Source of the DNA: Waddliaceae bacterium | Lineage (GTDB): Bacteria; Chlamydiota; Chlamydiia; Chlamydiales; Waddliaceae | Assembly: GCA_963724325.1 (NCBI GenBank) | Contig: CAVRUH010000007.1 | Location: 128,001-192,000, forward strand | Direction: 5' to 3' | Length of the DNA: 64,000 nucleotides | Shown here: positions 20,300 to 30,650 of the stretch, one piece after another | Layout: every line of letters begins with the position of its first letter | How positions within the stretch are numbered: the first letter of the stretch is position 1 | Translations under genes and position numbers: made by a program | Notes under the pieces: model-generated | Seen by the model: the letters and a program-made list of their open reading frames with translations, nothing else | Database searches by the model: none | What the model was told of the DNA's origin: nothing

Positions 20300-21259
20300 T
20301 TAATTATTCCAAGCTTGCAATAGATTTTGTCTCAATTTATCTCTCCTCATGGGGTCGAATGTAGAAGATTTGATTAAATTGCGAAGTTCGAGCTCCCAAA
20401 TCTTAAGCTTGCCAGGCTGAATTTTTGTATAACGTTTTATGATAAGCGGTGATGTAGGATTAAGTACCCCACTAATGCCTAAAACAAGTCGCAATTCTTG
20501 TGGAAATTCATCTGAAGGAGTGTCGAGGAAATATTCACTGATCAATTGATTCTCAGCAATGAATCCATTGGGATATGATGCATACCCCACTGTATTTCCA
20601 AAAGCATATAAAGAGACAGAGCTATCAAAAAATTGCAGAAGAACGCCGGCTTTACTGTCCAGATGTTGATGTGAGATAGTATAAGCCACCTCTATCAATG
20701 ATGAGTCCATTCCAAGTTCTTCGAACATGTGTTTCAAGTCCTTTCGCTGTTGATAGGTGTCGCTACCTACATTCTTCGTAAAATTTAAGACTGAGTTTAA
20801 CCCTAGGCGGTTGTGATTCGAGTAGATGCAGAAGTTCAAGGGGAAAGTACTTTCTGCGACCAACTGCGAATAGTGTATTTCACTTACAAATACCCGTGAA
20901 AAAACTTCTAGAGATTCTAGAAAGTTGTTTTTTTTAAATGGCGTTGAAACGAAATGAAAATCCTTTCTGATGGGCACATCTAGGACCTCTTCGACAATTA
21001 TACGAATAATGTCTTGGTAAACTAGAAAATCTAAACTGTCTCCATGATATCCCATGAAGCTGATATTTTCCTGAGCTATAGCTTTATCGAATAACTCACG
21101 GTAATCTAATCCAACACCTTTTCCTTTCAGATTATACTTAATCTGATCGAGTCCAACAAATGCAACATATTGCTTTGAAGGAGATTCAAATTCAGCACCA
21201 TGGATTCTGATGGTCCCACAAATAAATAACAAGCTTAAAAGTAGGATTTTATTATTCAT
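20300..21259 (-). CDS. Exported protein, possible ADP-ribosyltransferase-like fold; paralog of 21252-22274
   Basis: Signal peptide; FMGYHGDS..F.VYQDIIRII, RKDFHF, FPQELRLV, LNP.SPL. Confidence 0.55.
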   Translation of the reverse strand: MNNKILLLSLLFICGTIRIHGAEFESPSKQYVAFVGLDQIKYNLKGKGVGLDYRELFDKAIAQENISFMGYHGDSLDFLVYQDIIRIIVEEVLDVPIRKDFHFVSTPFKKNNFLESLEVFSRVFVSEIHYSQLVAESTFPLNFCIYSNHNRLGLNSVLNFTKNVGSDTYQQRKDLKHMFEELGMDSSLIEVAYTISHQHLDSKAGVLLQFFDSSVSLYAFGNTVGYASYPNGFIAENQLISEYFLDTPSDEFPQELRLVLGISGVLNPTSPLIIKRYTKIQPGKLKIWELELRNLIKSSTFDPMRRDKLRQNLLQAWNN

Positions 21260-22274
21260 TTTTTTCTCTCCACATGTTCAATAACAATTCACGATACTGT
21301 ACGACTTTTGTTTCATCGTAAGGCAGTGTTCTGATTGCTTCACGTAAGTTAGATTCATACTCATTGATTAGTTCGGGATCATTCCTGTCAAAGCGCATGA
21401 TATATAGAGGGGAATACGGATTTAGAGTGACGGAGTTGTTAATGACAAGCCGGAATTGTGCAGGAAAAGCTGTAGAATTAACGCCAAGGAATATTTCGGA
21501 CATTCTTTTCTCATTGAGAATTGGACGTCCGCCGGGCAAGGCATTATAGCATAATTGATTTATCAAATCATAATGATTTTGAAATGCATTGTGATGAGAA
21601 AAGTCGAAGAATTGGAATAACACAGCATTATCCATGGTCATCAAAGGGTTGCCTATTGCAAATAAATCAGGTATCGCTTCGGTTGGTATTCCTAAAGAAT
21701 CAAATAAATAATTTAGTTGAGTTTGGAATCCAACGGTCGTTGCAGATCTATTCCTTGTAAACCAGTAGACAGTGCATTCCCCAAAGTTATCGAAATTCCC
21801 AAAGAGTGAATAATTCATCGACAACAACTGCTCTCGTTGTTCTGGTAACGCGTCAATCACTGCAGGATAGTCTTTCAGGAATTGCTCCTCACTTTCCCGA
21901 TTTAGCATAGGTTTTCCTGGGATGCGCAGAAAGTGAAAGTCTTTTCTAATATGGATCTCGCAAATTTCCTCTATTATTATCCGAATAATATCTTGATAAA
22001 TACGAAATCCTTGAGTGCTGCTATGGTATCCAAAAAAACCAAGCTCTTCGTGGGGAATGATGTGCTCGAAGAAATTGCGATGCTCCAAAGACAACCCGTT
22101 TGTCTTCAGCGCTTGCAATATTTTCTCGTAATTGTAAAATCCGCAAAAGCGATTTGTTGGGGATGCATATACGGCTTCGGTTCGAATCGGCATATCGAAA
22201 TCTACGATTGCCGGAGTGGCAAGCAATGATAAATTACAAAGTGCAATTAAAATAAATAAAATTAATCTAATCAT
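21252..22274 (-). CDS. Exported protein, possible ADP-ribosyltransferase-like fold
   Basis: Signal peptide; FFGYHSST..F.IYQDIIRII, RKDFHF, FPAQFRLV, LNPYSPL. Confidence 0.55.
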   Translation of the reverse strand: MIRLILFILIALCNLSLLATPAIVDFDMPIRTEAVYASPTNRFCGFYNYEKILQALKTNGLSLEHRNFFEHIIPHEELGFFGYHSSTQGFRIYQDIIRIIIEEICEIHIRKDFHFLRIPGKPMLNRESEEQFLKDYPAVIDALPEQREQLLSMNYSLFGNFDNFGECTVYWFTRNRSATTVGFQTQLNYLFDSLGIPTEAIPDLFAIGNPLMTMDNAVLFQFFDFSHHNAFQNHYDLINQLCYNALPGGRPILNEKRMSEIFLGVNSTAFPAQFRLVINNSVTLNPYSPLYIMRFDRNDPELINEYESNLREAIRTLPYDETKVVQYRELLLNMWREKNE

Positions 22275-22425
22275 AATTATTTAACCAATATATTTAAGAT
22301 GAATACATTTTAACAATTATCAATTTATAAGTCAATCATAAACATGCATTTTTATATCGATTTGAATGGACCAATGCAATATGCTTTGTGGGGATAAGTC
22401 TAAATTCAACCATAAAGGAGAAATT

Positions 22426-23019
22426 ATGTTGAACAGTTTTATCCGAAAGTTTTTATTTATCATTGTTCTTACGACATCGCTGTCATCCCCTATTTTTGCT
22501 GTGGATGACTTTCAAGTTGAGTATCAACCACAGGTCATCGAAAAAGTAATTCAGTTTGAGAAGAAAAGCATCTTAAAGCAAAAAGCAAATGGATACCTAT
22601 ATGTCGAAGTGTCTCGAGATTTTATTGCCGAGGCTCTTCCTCTAATTGATGCCCCGGGAAAAATTGTACACCCGAGTCATTATACTAGCAAGAAAGGGAT
22701 TGGAGCCCATATCAGCATTATTTATGAAAATGAGTTGATTGAACATGAAATCTGGGAGATCGATGAGTTGGGGCAAGAGTTCACATTCTCGGTCATGGAG
22801 TTGAGGACGGTAAAACTAAATGACAATAACAAGATGAAAAAACTTTGGCTTTTGGCAGTAGCTGCTCCCGAGTTAGAGAAACTTCGTGAGGGTTATGGTC
22901 TATCATCCCGTTTAAAAAACCATGATTTCCATATAACAATAGGAACTCAAGTACCTGGTAAAGTCTATGTTTTATTCGATGAGATAATCATTGAAGAGGA
23001 GCTGGAAGAAGCAGCATAA
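22426..23019 (+). CDS. Exported 2H phosphoesterase superfamily protein
   Basis: AAGGAG RBS; signal peptide; two HxS/T motifs (GAHISI, DFHITIG). Confidence 0.8.
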   Translation: MLNSFIRKFLFIIVLTTSLSSPIFAVDDFQVEYQPQVIEKVIQFEKKSILKQKANGYLYVEVSRDFIAEALPLIDAPGKIVHPSHYTSKKGIGAHISIIYENELIEHEIWEIDELGQEFTFSVMELRTVKLNDNNKMKKLWLLAVAAPELEKLREGYGLSSRLKNHDFHITIGTQVPGKVYVLFDEIIIEEELEEAA

Positions 23020-23269
23020 GGCTGATTCCAAAGATAAAATCGATTTGGTAGCCTAACAACAGGGGATTCGAATGCCTCTTTTGTGCTTTTGCTCAACTTC
23101 AGTTTAAGCACGACTTTCACAACTATCCTTCGCGTTGCAATGGCGGTGCAATGATTTACCTATTTATCCAATAATATCCATCAGAAACCAGTTGCAATTT
23201 GATTGCATATCCTTTAGCATGTTACTCATAGCGGTTGGATGGTGTTGATTGGAGTGGAAGTCCCCCTCC

Positions 23270-23927
23270 CTCATAACCCGCGGGTCACTGGTTCAAGTCC
23301 AGTTTGCCCCACATTTTTTTTACAGGACAAACTTATGACACTCATAGAATCCAAAATGGAATTTGCCGAAAGGAACCATGCTATACTTCTCTCACTGGAG
23401 GCTCAGATTGTAGCGCACTATCAAAAACGTCCTCGCCTTCATGATCACAATGTGATTCGCGTTTTAGAGGCTCTCATAAAGCACTTTAGGGCTTTAGCGA
23501 CAAATTTTCCATTGCCTCAGCATTCATTATCTGAATTCGAGGGTGAAATTTATCTTAGCATTCAATACAATCTAGAAAAAACGGAAGCCCTAACTCCGAA
23601 TGATTCCTGTGTCCTTTTAAAGTTCCTCAAAAAATCTGTAGAGCTAAACAACAAGAGATCGGGCTCACAGGGTTACTTAAACTTCATCAGCCGCTTCATC
23701 GAAGTTGAAATAGAGGATTAGAAACTGGAGTCACTCACCTTATTCACATTAAAATATGTGAGTTAGGCCCTCCGCGTACCCTCAATGGTTATTTTCAAGA
23801 AAAACTTATTTGTTTTTACTCTTCAATAATGCAATTGATTTTCAGTGACTTATCAGCTTTAAAGCATAATCTTCACGTGTTCAAGAAGAGCCTTCGTTCG
23901 CTTCGCTCACTACGGCCAGATGCGCCC
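23270..23927 (+). repeat. att-like tRNA 3' half (23270-23311, identical) and direct repeat copy 2
   Basis: 42-nt exact match to 15123-15164, then near identity through the 128-aa gene. Confidence 0.95.
23335..23721 (+). CDS. Hypothetical 128-aa protein, copy 2
   Basis: Near-identical to 15188-15574. Confidence 0.8.
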   Translation: MTLIESKMEFAERNHAILLSLEAQIVAHYQKRPRLHDHNVIRVLEALIKHFRALATNFPLPQHSLSEFEGEIYLSIQYNLEKTEALTPNDSCVLLKFLKKSVELNNKRSGSQGYLNFISRFIEVEIED

Positions 23928-24042
23928 GGCGTTATTAAAGTAGACCCAACTGTCTAGCTAAAAAGAGGAACATTTATTATTATGTGAAAGTTTGCGAAGT
24001 AATACCGAAAAATAATGTTCTCCATTGAGATTAGAGAGATTA

Positions 24043-24369
24043 TCACAAGACAAACTCGATAATTAGACAAAAAGTGTAGACCATTCCTAAAAAGAGTAGT
24101 GGCAGCAAGTGATAAAGTAGAAAAACAGGCAGGGAGGGATCATGGAGATGCTTCCACCCTTTATAGATTCCAAAAGGTGATGAGAGTGGCGATAGAAGTG
24201 TAATAATTATGAAAGTCATTATCGTTTTTGGATAATCAAGTTCATAATCCGCAAATCCCATGGGTAGAATCCATGTAATAAGTAGCAATAGGATAAAAAG
24301 AAATATGTTTAGGACGGTGAAACCTCTTGCAAGATAAAGCCTGATACTAGCCTTTTCTATAAATTCCAT
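24043..24369 (-). CDS. Small integral membrane protein
   Basis: 108 aa with three hydrophobic segments. Confidence 0.55.
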   Translation of the reverse strand: MEFIEKASIRLYLARGFTVLNIFLFILLLLITWILPMGFADYELDYPKTIMTFIIITLLSPLSSPFGIYKGWKHLHDPSLPVFLLYHLLPLLFLGMVYTFCLIIEFVL

Positions 24370-24577
24370 CTATTAATTCCTTTAAGGTTCTCTGATACTG
24401 CGGATCGTCAAATCCATGCTGTGGACCCGAACTCTTTTGCTGATAGATTATCCGAGTATTCCTAAGTTCTTCAAGCCTTTTTTTATATCCATTGAATTTT
24501 TCCTTCTTATAGATTTCGTACTCTACTCCACTAAACATAAGAATTGCTCCTAGAAGTTGTTTTAAAAATATATTTTG

Positions 24578-25852
24578 TTATCTAATGTGAAAAGAAGATA
24601 CTAACTTATTCCATTCTTCGGAAATTTGTGGAGTTTCGCTATTAAAAGATTGAGTAATTTGATAGAGTCTTCTTTTTTTGAGCACAAACAATGTTCTATA
24701 AATTTTACCTGAATTTTCTGCTAGAAGCTCAATAGAGGGACAACCTTCATGCTCGCCTAAGTTCCAAGATAAAACAATCATTTTATTGCTCAATCCGAGC
24801 CAAGCTAGATCAATGGAACCGTTTTTATCCATTTGACTTTGAATCTCGTTTATCAGCATAGAGATTGAAGGGTCAGAATATTCAAGAATAATTTCGCTAA
24901 ACATCGTCATATTTAAAACTTTCAGCTCAGGGTCTTCAAAATCTGGGTGATTAATCTCTTTTAGAATACCCATATAAGTAACCATTGGTAAAGTGACAAT
25001 GGATTCGATAAAATAGCCGCTGTCACCATACTCTCCAAATAAAGTCTTGGGAGCGAAAGGCCCAAGTCTAGAATAGAAAATTCTGTGATAAATGTTATAT
25101 TTTGGAGGAATATTAATGTCATAAGTGTTCCGACCCAATAAGATATTGCGTTGTACAGTTTCACAAAACAAATTTGCCCACAAAAGTTTATGCCAATCAT
25201 AGTTGAGAATGCTTTGATACTGTCGGTATGATTCTGTAGTAGTTATCCAAGAAGGAATCATTGTGTTTTGAGATTCAATTTTAAATCCTAAATGATATGC
25301 GGGTGTTCCCGAAAAAGCTGGATATATTCCCCATGCAGAAGCTAAATAGAAGATATTTTGAATTTCTAGGCGATATACGAATTGATTTATAGCAACAAGG
25401 AGTCCACGCCGTTCAGATAAATTTCGAAAATTTACGCTAAAATTTGTGGCGCTATTATCGCAATAATACACAGACTCTTTGCCATAAACATGTCCTTTTT
25501 TAAAATAGGAAAAGCCGTCGTTTTCAATTTTATTTAAAAGATCATCCATCCAACTTTTATATTTTACTGAGTCATTTGCTATTGAATTTGGAAGTTTATA
25601 AATCCAAACTTTAAAAGGACCCATGTGTGTTTCACTATAATAATGGGTGATTTCCACATTTTCTTCATGATAGCTTTCCATTCTAGTAGCATCCCAAGTG
25701 TGAAGAGTAATGCGATGATCTTTTGGCCCTGGAATTTCTATTGTATATCCCTTGTTAAGCGATAGAAGCCCCATCAAGTCTATTGCTATTCCCCCAGATA
25801 AAGACCCAAAATGCACCAAAATAAAAAATGAGTATATTAATTTTTTCATCAT
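24578..25852 (-). CDS. Exported hypothetical protein
   Basis: 424-aa ORF with signal peptide; C-terminus loosely PsbP/DcrB-like. Confidence 0.65.
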   Translation of the reverse strand: MMKKLIYSFFILVHFGSLSGGIAIDLMGLLSLNKGYTIEIPGPKDHRITLHTWDATRMESYHEENVEITHYYSETHMGPFKVWIYKLPNSIANDSVKYKSWMDDLLNKIENDGFSYFKKGHVYGKESVYYCDNSATNFSVNFRNLSERRGLLVAINQFVYRLEIQNIFYLASAWGIYPAFSGTPAYHLGFKIESQNTMIPSWITTTESYRQYQSILNYDWHKLLWANLFCETVQRNILLGRNTYDINIPPKYNIYHRIFYSRLGPFAPKTLFGEYGDSGYFIESIVTLPMVTYMGILKEINHPDFEDPELKVLNMTMFSEIILEYSDPSISMLINEIQSQMDKNGSIDLAWLGLSNKMIVLSWNLGEHEGCPSIELLAENSGKIYRTLFVLKKRRLYQITQSFNSETPQISEEWNKLVSSFHIR

Positions 25853-25994
25853 AATGTCAATTATTTTACAGTAATTGTTCTAATAGTGCAACTAAAAAGA
25901 CGAGCTAACGGCAATTAGGAGTTTGTTAAATAAAAGATCAAAAATAGAATAGGGTGATTTTGGCCCCAGAAATATTTTTTTTGAGCTCCAAACT

Positions 25995-26265
25995 GATTTG
26001 AGTTTTTGATCAGCTGATAAAATATTTCAGGGCAAAAGCAACTAATTTTCCATTCCAAGAGTCTAAATTTTCTTTGCCTATTGAAAATGATTTATATGAT
26101 TCGCTTAAGGAATGTCTTGAGGAAACTGAAGGCAAAACAGCTAATGAAGCATATAACATTTTTAAATTCTTAAAAAAATCAGTCGAATTTTGGAACAGAG
26201 AAGGGGGCTCTCAAGGCTGCCTTACATATATATCGCGCTTCATAGATGTTGAAGAAAAAAAATGA
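25995..26265 (+). pseudogene. Divergent, decayed paralog of the 128-aa protein
   Basis: VFDQLIKYFRAKATN...FKFLKKSVEFWNREGGSQGCLTYISRFIDVE aligns with VLEALIKHFRALATN...LKFLKKSVELNNKRSGSQGYLNFISRFIEVE. Confidence 0.7.
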
Positions 26266-26647
26266 TGGGACCCGGGCGTGAAAAACTGACATTTTAAAGT
26301 AAGCATACGCGTATTAAAAGTAAGCGCATATGCACGCCCGACCCCAATCATTTCTAAAGTTATCTTCGATGCCCCTGGCAACATCTTTAGGGTCATCAGG
26401 GTCAATCTAAATAAAAAAAATCTTAATATGTATCCTACTTAAAAATTTAAAAAATCCTCCCAATTTAACCCCCCCTTGTTTTCAATGCAAAATCAGATAG
26501 AAAAATTTTAATTCAAGGGTTTATGTCTATTTTGTTGGCTAGGGATTACAGTGCGACACCTACAGCGTAATCTACAGCGTAATCTCCATAAGTCTGCAGA
26601 AGTAGTTTCCACGAATAGTACCATCACAGAGAGGTGTTACCCATACC

Positions 26648-27409
26648 TTAGACAATAATTAATTCTAGAAATGATTTTTGGTGAGCTTTGGGACGCAAAT
26701 AGGGTTCCTTTTTTGTATGAACAACGATTGCGTAGAGAATTCCTGCTTCCGCAAGAGCTATTGCTTCTTTTTTAAGAAGCCACACACTGTCCTCATGTGA
26801 ATTACCAACTAAAAATTCAGTAATGACATGTCGTTTATTGACTCGAACTCCCTGAACTTTCTTTACATCAATATATTCCTCACGTCCCTCTCTCCATCCT
26901 TCATGTTTTTTCATAGCATCAAGCAATTGTTCATATTCTTTGTCGTTTAGGGAACGAATCGTGCGATCCATATCAAATTTAGTAAAAAATTTAATCGCTT
27001 TTCGATAGTTAATGACTTCTTCTGTATCGGGTTGTCCCTTTTTGACACCAGTGTAAGTACGTACAAATTCATTGAGGGTGCAATCAATATACATATTGCC
27101 TTCTTTTAAACGTAAGGCCTGTGCCCTTCTACCAGTTTCATAATCAGGATAAACTGCAAACCTATAATCTTTGTTTTCTTTATTAGGTATCTTCCCAGCG
27201 GAACCGATAGCTCCGTTCCTTTTTGCGAAATCTCCCATTGCGTGATTACCAGGATTATTATTTCTCCATGATCTAGTACTTGCTTGATCCACTGGCTGTT
27301 CTGGATAGGCTTTCCAAAAGCGCTTTAAATGATTCCCATCTTCATCATAATAGATGACCGAATTTTCTGGCCCTTCTACAACTTTTATCCATTTATTTTG
27401 AGTCTTCAT
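26648..27409 (-). CDS. Lysozyme-like (RNNNPGN family) protein with DUF3892-like C-terminal domain
   Basis: RSWRNNNPGN, FAVYPDYETGRRA, MKKHEGW; C-terminal EAIALAEAG...PYLR. Confidence 0.65.
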   Translation of the reverse strand: MKTQNKWIKVVEGPENSVIYYDEDGNHLKRFWKAYPEQPVDQASTRSWRNNNPGNHAMGDFAKRNGAIGSAGKIPNKENKDYRFAVYPDYETGRRAQALRLKEGNMYIDCTLNEFVRTYTGVKKGQPDTEEVINYRKAIKFFTKFDMDRTIRSLNDKEYEQLLDAMKKHEGWREGREEYIDVKKVQGVRVNKRHVITEFLVGNSHEDSVWLLKKEAIALAEAGILYAIVVHTKKEPYLRPKAHQKSFLELIIV

Positions 27410-27577
27410 ACATTTACTTCAGGTTTAATCAACAAAATAGAATAAATTATAAATTATTAATTTTAAATAACTTGTCTACGAATTATAGCAGATTAGGAGA
27501 AATTTTTCTAATCAAAAATAAATGGTTCAAAATGGTCCCCTTTTGGTAATATCGCCTCTTCTTGGTAGGGAGAAATT

Positions 27578-28273
27578 ATGGTTGATGCAAAACGTATTAA
27601 CAGAAATGGTGCATGGATTTCTTTTTCTATAGCTCACAGCCTCCTTATTTTTTTGGGAATACTCGTTGTTGGGTGTGAAAAAAACGGTGAGATTGACGTA
27701 GATGATCTCAATTCTGAGAAAAATATTTTTATTAGTAGGGTTCTTGATGCAGAGCTAGGCGAGGGACCTTTTTTTATAAACTATTCGTTGAGTACAGTCT
27801 TTTTTTCACAAGATATTGTAAGCATCTTTGGAGAATTCACACGTTATACAGACTTCCCACATGATCGTAAGCATTATGAAGGAAAAACATTTTGTAGAAT
27901 AAATGGAAAATTCCAATTAATATCTTTCGATGATCTTTTTTCTGCTGAAAAGCAAAAAGAATTTATCAGAAAGTATTGTGAGGATGTTCTCAAGGCTAAG
28001 TCTATAGGCTATTTTGGTGAGGATCCACCTCTTCGCGATCAACTTGATTTAAAGGAAATTCAAACATTTTTAATTCATGAAAATTTTTTTATCATCGTAT
28101 TCCAACGTTATATTGTAGCCGGTCTTGACGATTATCCGACAACATTACGAATTCCTTACAATATTTTGAAGGGTCATATTAATCCAAACATTCCTTTGAT
28201 CACACTCTTAGAAAAAACAGTAAAATCAAATTCTTTTATTTCTTCTTGGGAAGATGTTTTGGGTGGTTCGTAG
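27578..28273 (+). CDS. RsiV/DUF3298-like putative lipoprotein
   Basis: LVVGC lipobox-like motif; YTDFPH...TF, ISFDDLF, IVFQRYIVA...LRIPY. Confidence 0.65.
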   Translation: MVDAKRINRNGAWISFSIAHSLLIFLGILVVGCEKNGEIDVDDLNSEKNIFISRVLDAELGEGPFFINYSLSTVFFSQDIVSIFGEFTRYTDFPHDRKHYEGKTFCRINGKFQLISFDDLFSAEKQKEFIRKYCEDVLKAKSIGYFGEDPPLRDQLDLKEIQTFLIHENFFIIVFQRYIVAGLDDYPTTLRIPYNILKGHINPNIPLITLLEKTVKSNSFISSWEDVLGGS

Positions 28274-28443
28274 ACACACACGAAGCCTCTCTTTTTATTG
28301 CATTTCCCGTGCACTGGCGGTGCAACGGTGCAGTACTTTATCCATTTTCAACCGTCAAAATTCGGTAGCAATAAATACATAAGTCATTTATTATCTTACT
28401 CAAAGCGGTTGAGTGGTGTTGATTGGAGTGGTAGTCTTCCTCC

Positions 28444-28695
28444 CTCATAACCCGCGGGTCACTGGTTCAAGTCCAGTTTGCCCCACATTTTTTTACAGGA
28501 CAAACTTATGACACTAATAGAATCCAAAATGGAATTTGCCGAAAGGAATCCTGCAATACTTCTCTCCCTAGAGGCTCAGATTGTAACGCACTATCAAAAA
28601 CGTCCTCGCCTTCATGATCACGATGTGATTCGCGTTTTAGAGGCTCTCATAAAGCACTTTAAGGCCTTAGCGACAAATTTCCCATTGCCTCAGCA
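28444..28695 (+). repeat. att-like tRNA 3' half (28444-28485, identical) and truncated 128-aa gene, copy 3 (from 28508)
   Basis: Match to 15123 onward stops abruptly next to the IS481 end. Confidence 0.92.
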
Positions 28696-28699
28696 GGTG

Positions 28700-29470
28700 C
28701 GGTTACAGACATAGGTTACACTTTTATTGTTAAAATGTTATATAAAAAGCAGGGGGCAACTAGCCCCCTGCCAAAAAAACATCCGTCACCCATCGTCTCT
28801 CGGTCGCAGCGGGGAGTTTTCTTCTTGGTACCAATAATTATACTATGTATGGTCAAAAGATGCATTAGGAAAATACACAAGAAAACATCTAGAATTTTGA
28901 GTTTTGAGGGAGCTGTGGGGGTTTCTTCTTGGTCGGGGGTTTGGGGGCTGGCCCCCAATATATTCACTTCCGATCGTTGTCATTAGCGCTGCCTCCTTCT
29001 CTTAACTTTTGGTTTTTCAAGCCCTTCCTTTACAAGTTTTCCTAAGTATATAGGTCCATAATAAACATCATATTCCCCCTGTTCATTAGCCTTAAGACCA
29101 ACATATTCTCCAGTAAGCGTTTGTCCAATATAATGATCATTCTGATGTAACCATAAACAACCACTTGCACAAATCTTTCTAACAATCATTTTTTGTGTGT
29201 CGTATTCTGGTTTCCTTAAAACTCCATCCCAAGTCCGTAAGGATTTAGTATAAACACTTGCTGGTGTTTGCATATTCAAGGCTTCATGAGGCCTTTCAAA
29301 GTTATATTCGTCTAAGAATTTGCTGTTCGCTTGTATTTGCAATACAAGGGATGCTTTAGCAGGGTTTGCTACTTCTTGTTGTAGTGTAGAATGGAATCTC
29401 TCGTGCCTTCCATTTTCCTCAGGATGTCCTGGATTTATCCACTCAGGGATAACTCCAGCTTTAATTAGAT
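28700..29470 (-). mobile_element. Right-end fragment of an IS481-family element
   Basis: Transposase C-terminus (PGHPEENGRHERFHSTL, YNFERPHEAL...TPASVY) and terminal motif ACAGACATAGGTTACACTTT at 28705-28724, matching the 17133 motif. Confidence 0.82.
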
Positions 29471-29781
29471 TGGCGTGATTTAGTCGGAATAGCAACGTAG
29501 ACAAAGTGAGGGATTTGTGTGGTGATTTCGTGATAAGCCAAAGCAGAGATCAGGCATATAATTCCGTTAGGAATTTTTTTCAAAACAAGAACAAGATCAG
29601 GCTAGGAAAAGTCTGGGATTTCAATTAGCCCATAGACTCCTCTAGCTAATTGTTCCAAGAGCCCCTCATCTCACATCTGATATAGTGTGCGTGGGTGAAT
29701 GCCCAATTGGATAGCTTCACCCGAGCGGAGGAGTCCCTGGTGTGATTTAAAGTGCTTGATCGCTATCTGTTTTGCATTCAT
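29466..29781 (-). pseudogene. AbiEi-type (type IV TA) antitoxin pseudogene, absent from the ORF track
   Basis: Manual translation: MNAKQIA...GLLRSGEAIQLGIHPRTLYQM*DEGLLEQL...PDLVLVLKKIPNGIICLISALAYHEITTQIPH; internal stops; cut by the IS481 fragment. Confidence 0.75.
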
Positions 29782-29871
29782 GGATAGTAATGTCGGTAAA
29801 TGTTAACATTTTACTACATTCTTATCCATATTGCAGAGTATTCCTATGAGCTCTTACTGCCTAGAAACAAC

Positions 29872-30650
29872 TTAAAGTTCTAAAAGCTTTTTCATAGTTT
29901 TTTCAAAATGAAGCTTACGTAGCCTGCCAGAGGGGTCTTGCGCTTCCAATTTAACCCAGTCATTTGGAGAGGCATTGTCAAGCCAGATTCGTAGATTTTT
30001 CTGAAGAGTTTTAAACCATTTCGGATGCTGTTTTGCCAATACGTTGAATTCAATTAGAGCCCGATCAGAAAAATCGCCTAATTGGGAAGTGACATACCAA
30101 ATACCATAAAGATCCTTAAGAATCTTTAAAGCACTTTTGCGTTTCGTAAAAGTAAGCCCCTTATGGAATATCCAAGCACCTGGTGTAACTACATTTCCTG
30201 CAATGTTTGAGTGGGTATGAAACTTTATGGTTGTCTGCAAGCTTAAGGTTAAATAGCTTAGCGGTTGGGCAACCACACCAGCAATGACGACATTTTTATT
30301 TTTGTTTTCCTGACTAGAGTCATCCGTCAAAAATTCAATTTCAATTTCAGCGCCTGCAATTTCCTTCACATAGGCTTCTGTCGCAGGATCTCTAAATCTT
30401 TAAAAACATGATTGAAACCTGCTTCTCGAAGATAATTTTGAATGTTCTTTTTCGAAATTTGTGGGATTTTCCTTGGAATAAGAGAATCGATATCTCTTGT
30501 TCCTACTGGAGGGTTCTTTAATTTTGGATCAGCTAGATAAAGCTTGTAGATAAAGAGTGCAAATCCACCTCCAATGACGATAAAATCTCGCCATGGACCA
30601 ATAGATTCTAAAAATTCTGAAATGATTTTGTCTTCTTGATTAGATGTCAT
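29872..30650 (-). pseudogene. Nucleotidyltransferase toxin (AbiEii/GSU2403-like), split by one frameshift near 30390
   Basis: IVIGGGFAL...GTRDID motif; second part has IEFLT, HKGL...R...K..KDL. Confidence 0.78.

Noticed and set aside
23239..23334. N-terminal extensions of ORFs 23239, 28478 and 32257
   Set aside because: They only read through att/tRNA DNA; the true starts are downstream
28716..28986. Two 83-aa ORFs
   Set aside because: They lie in the non-coding, hairpin-rich right end of the IS481 fragment
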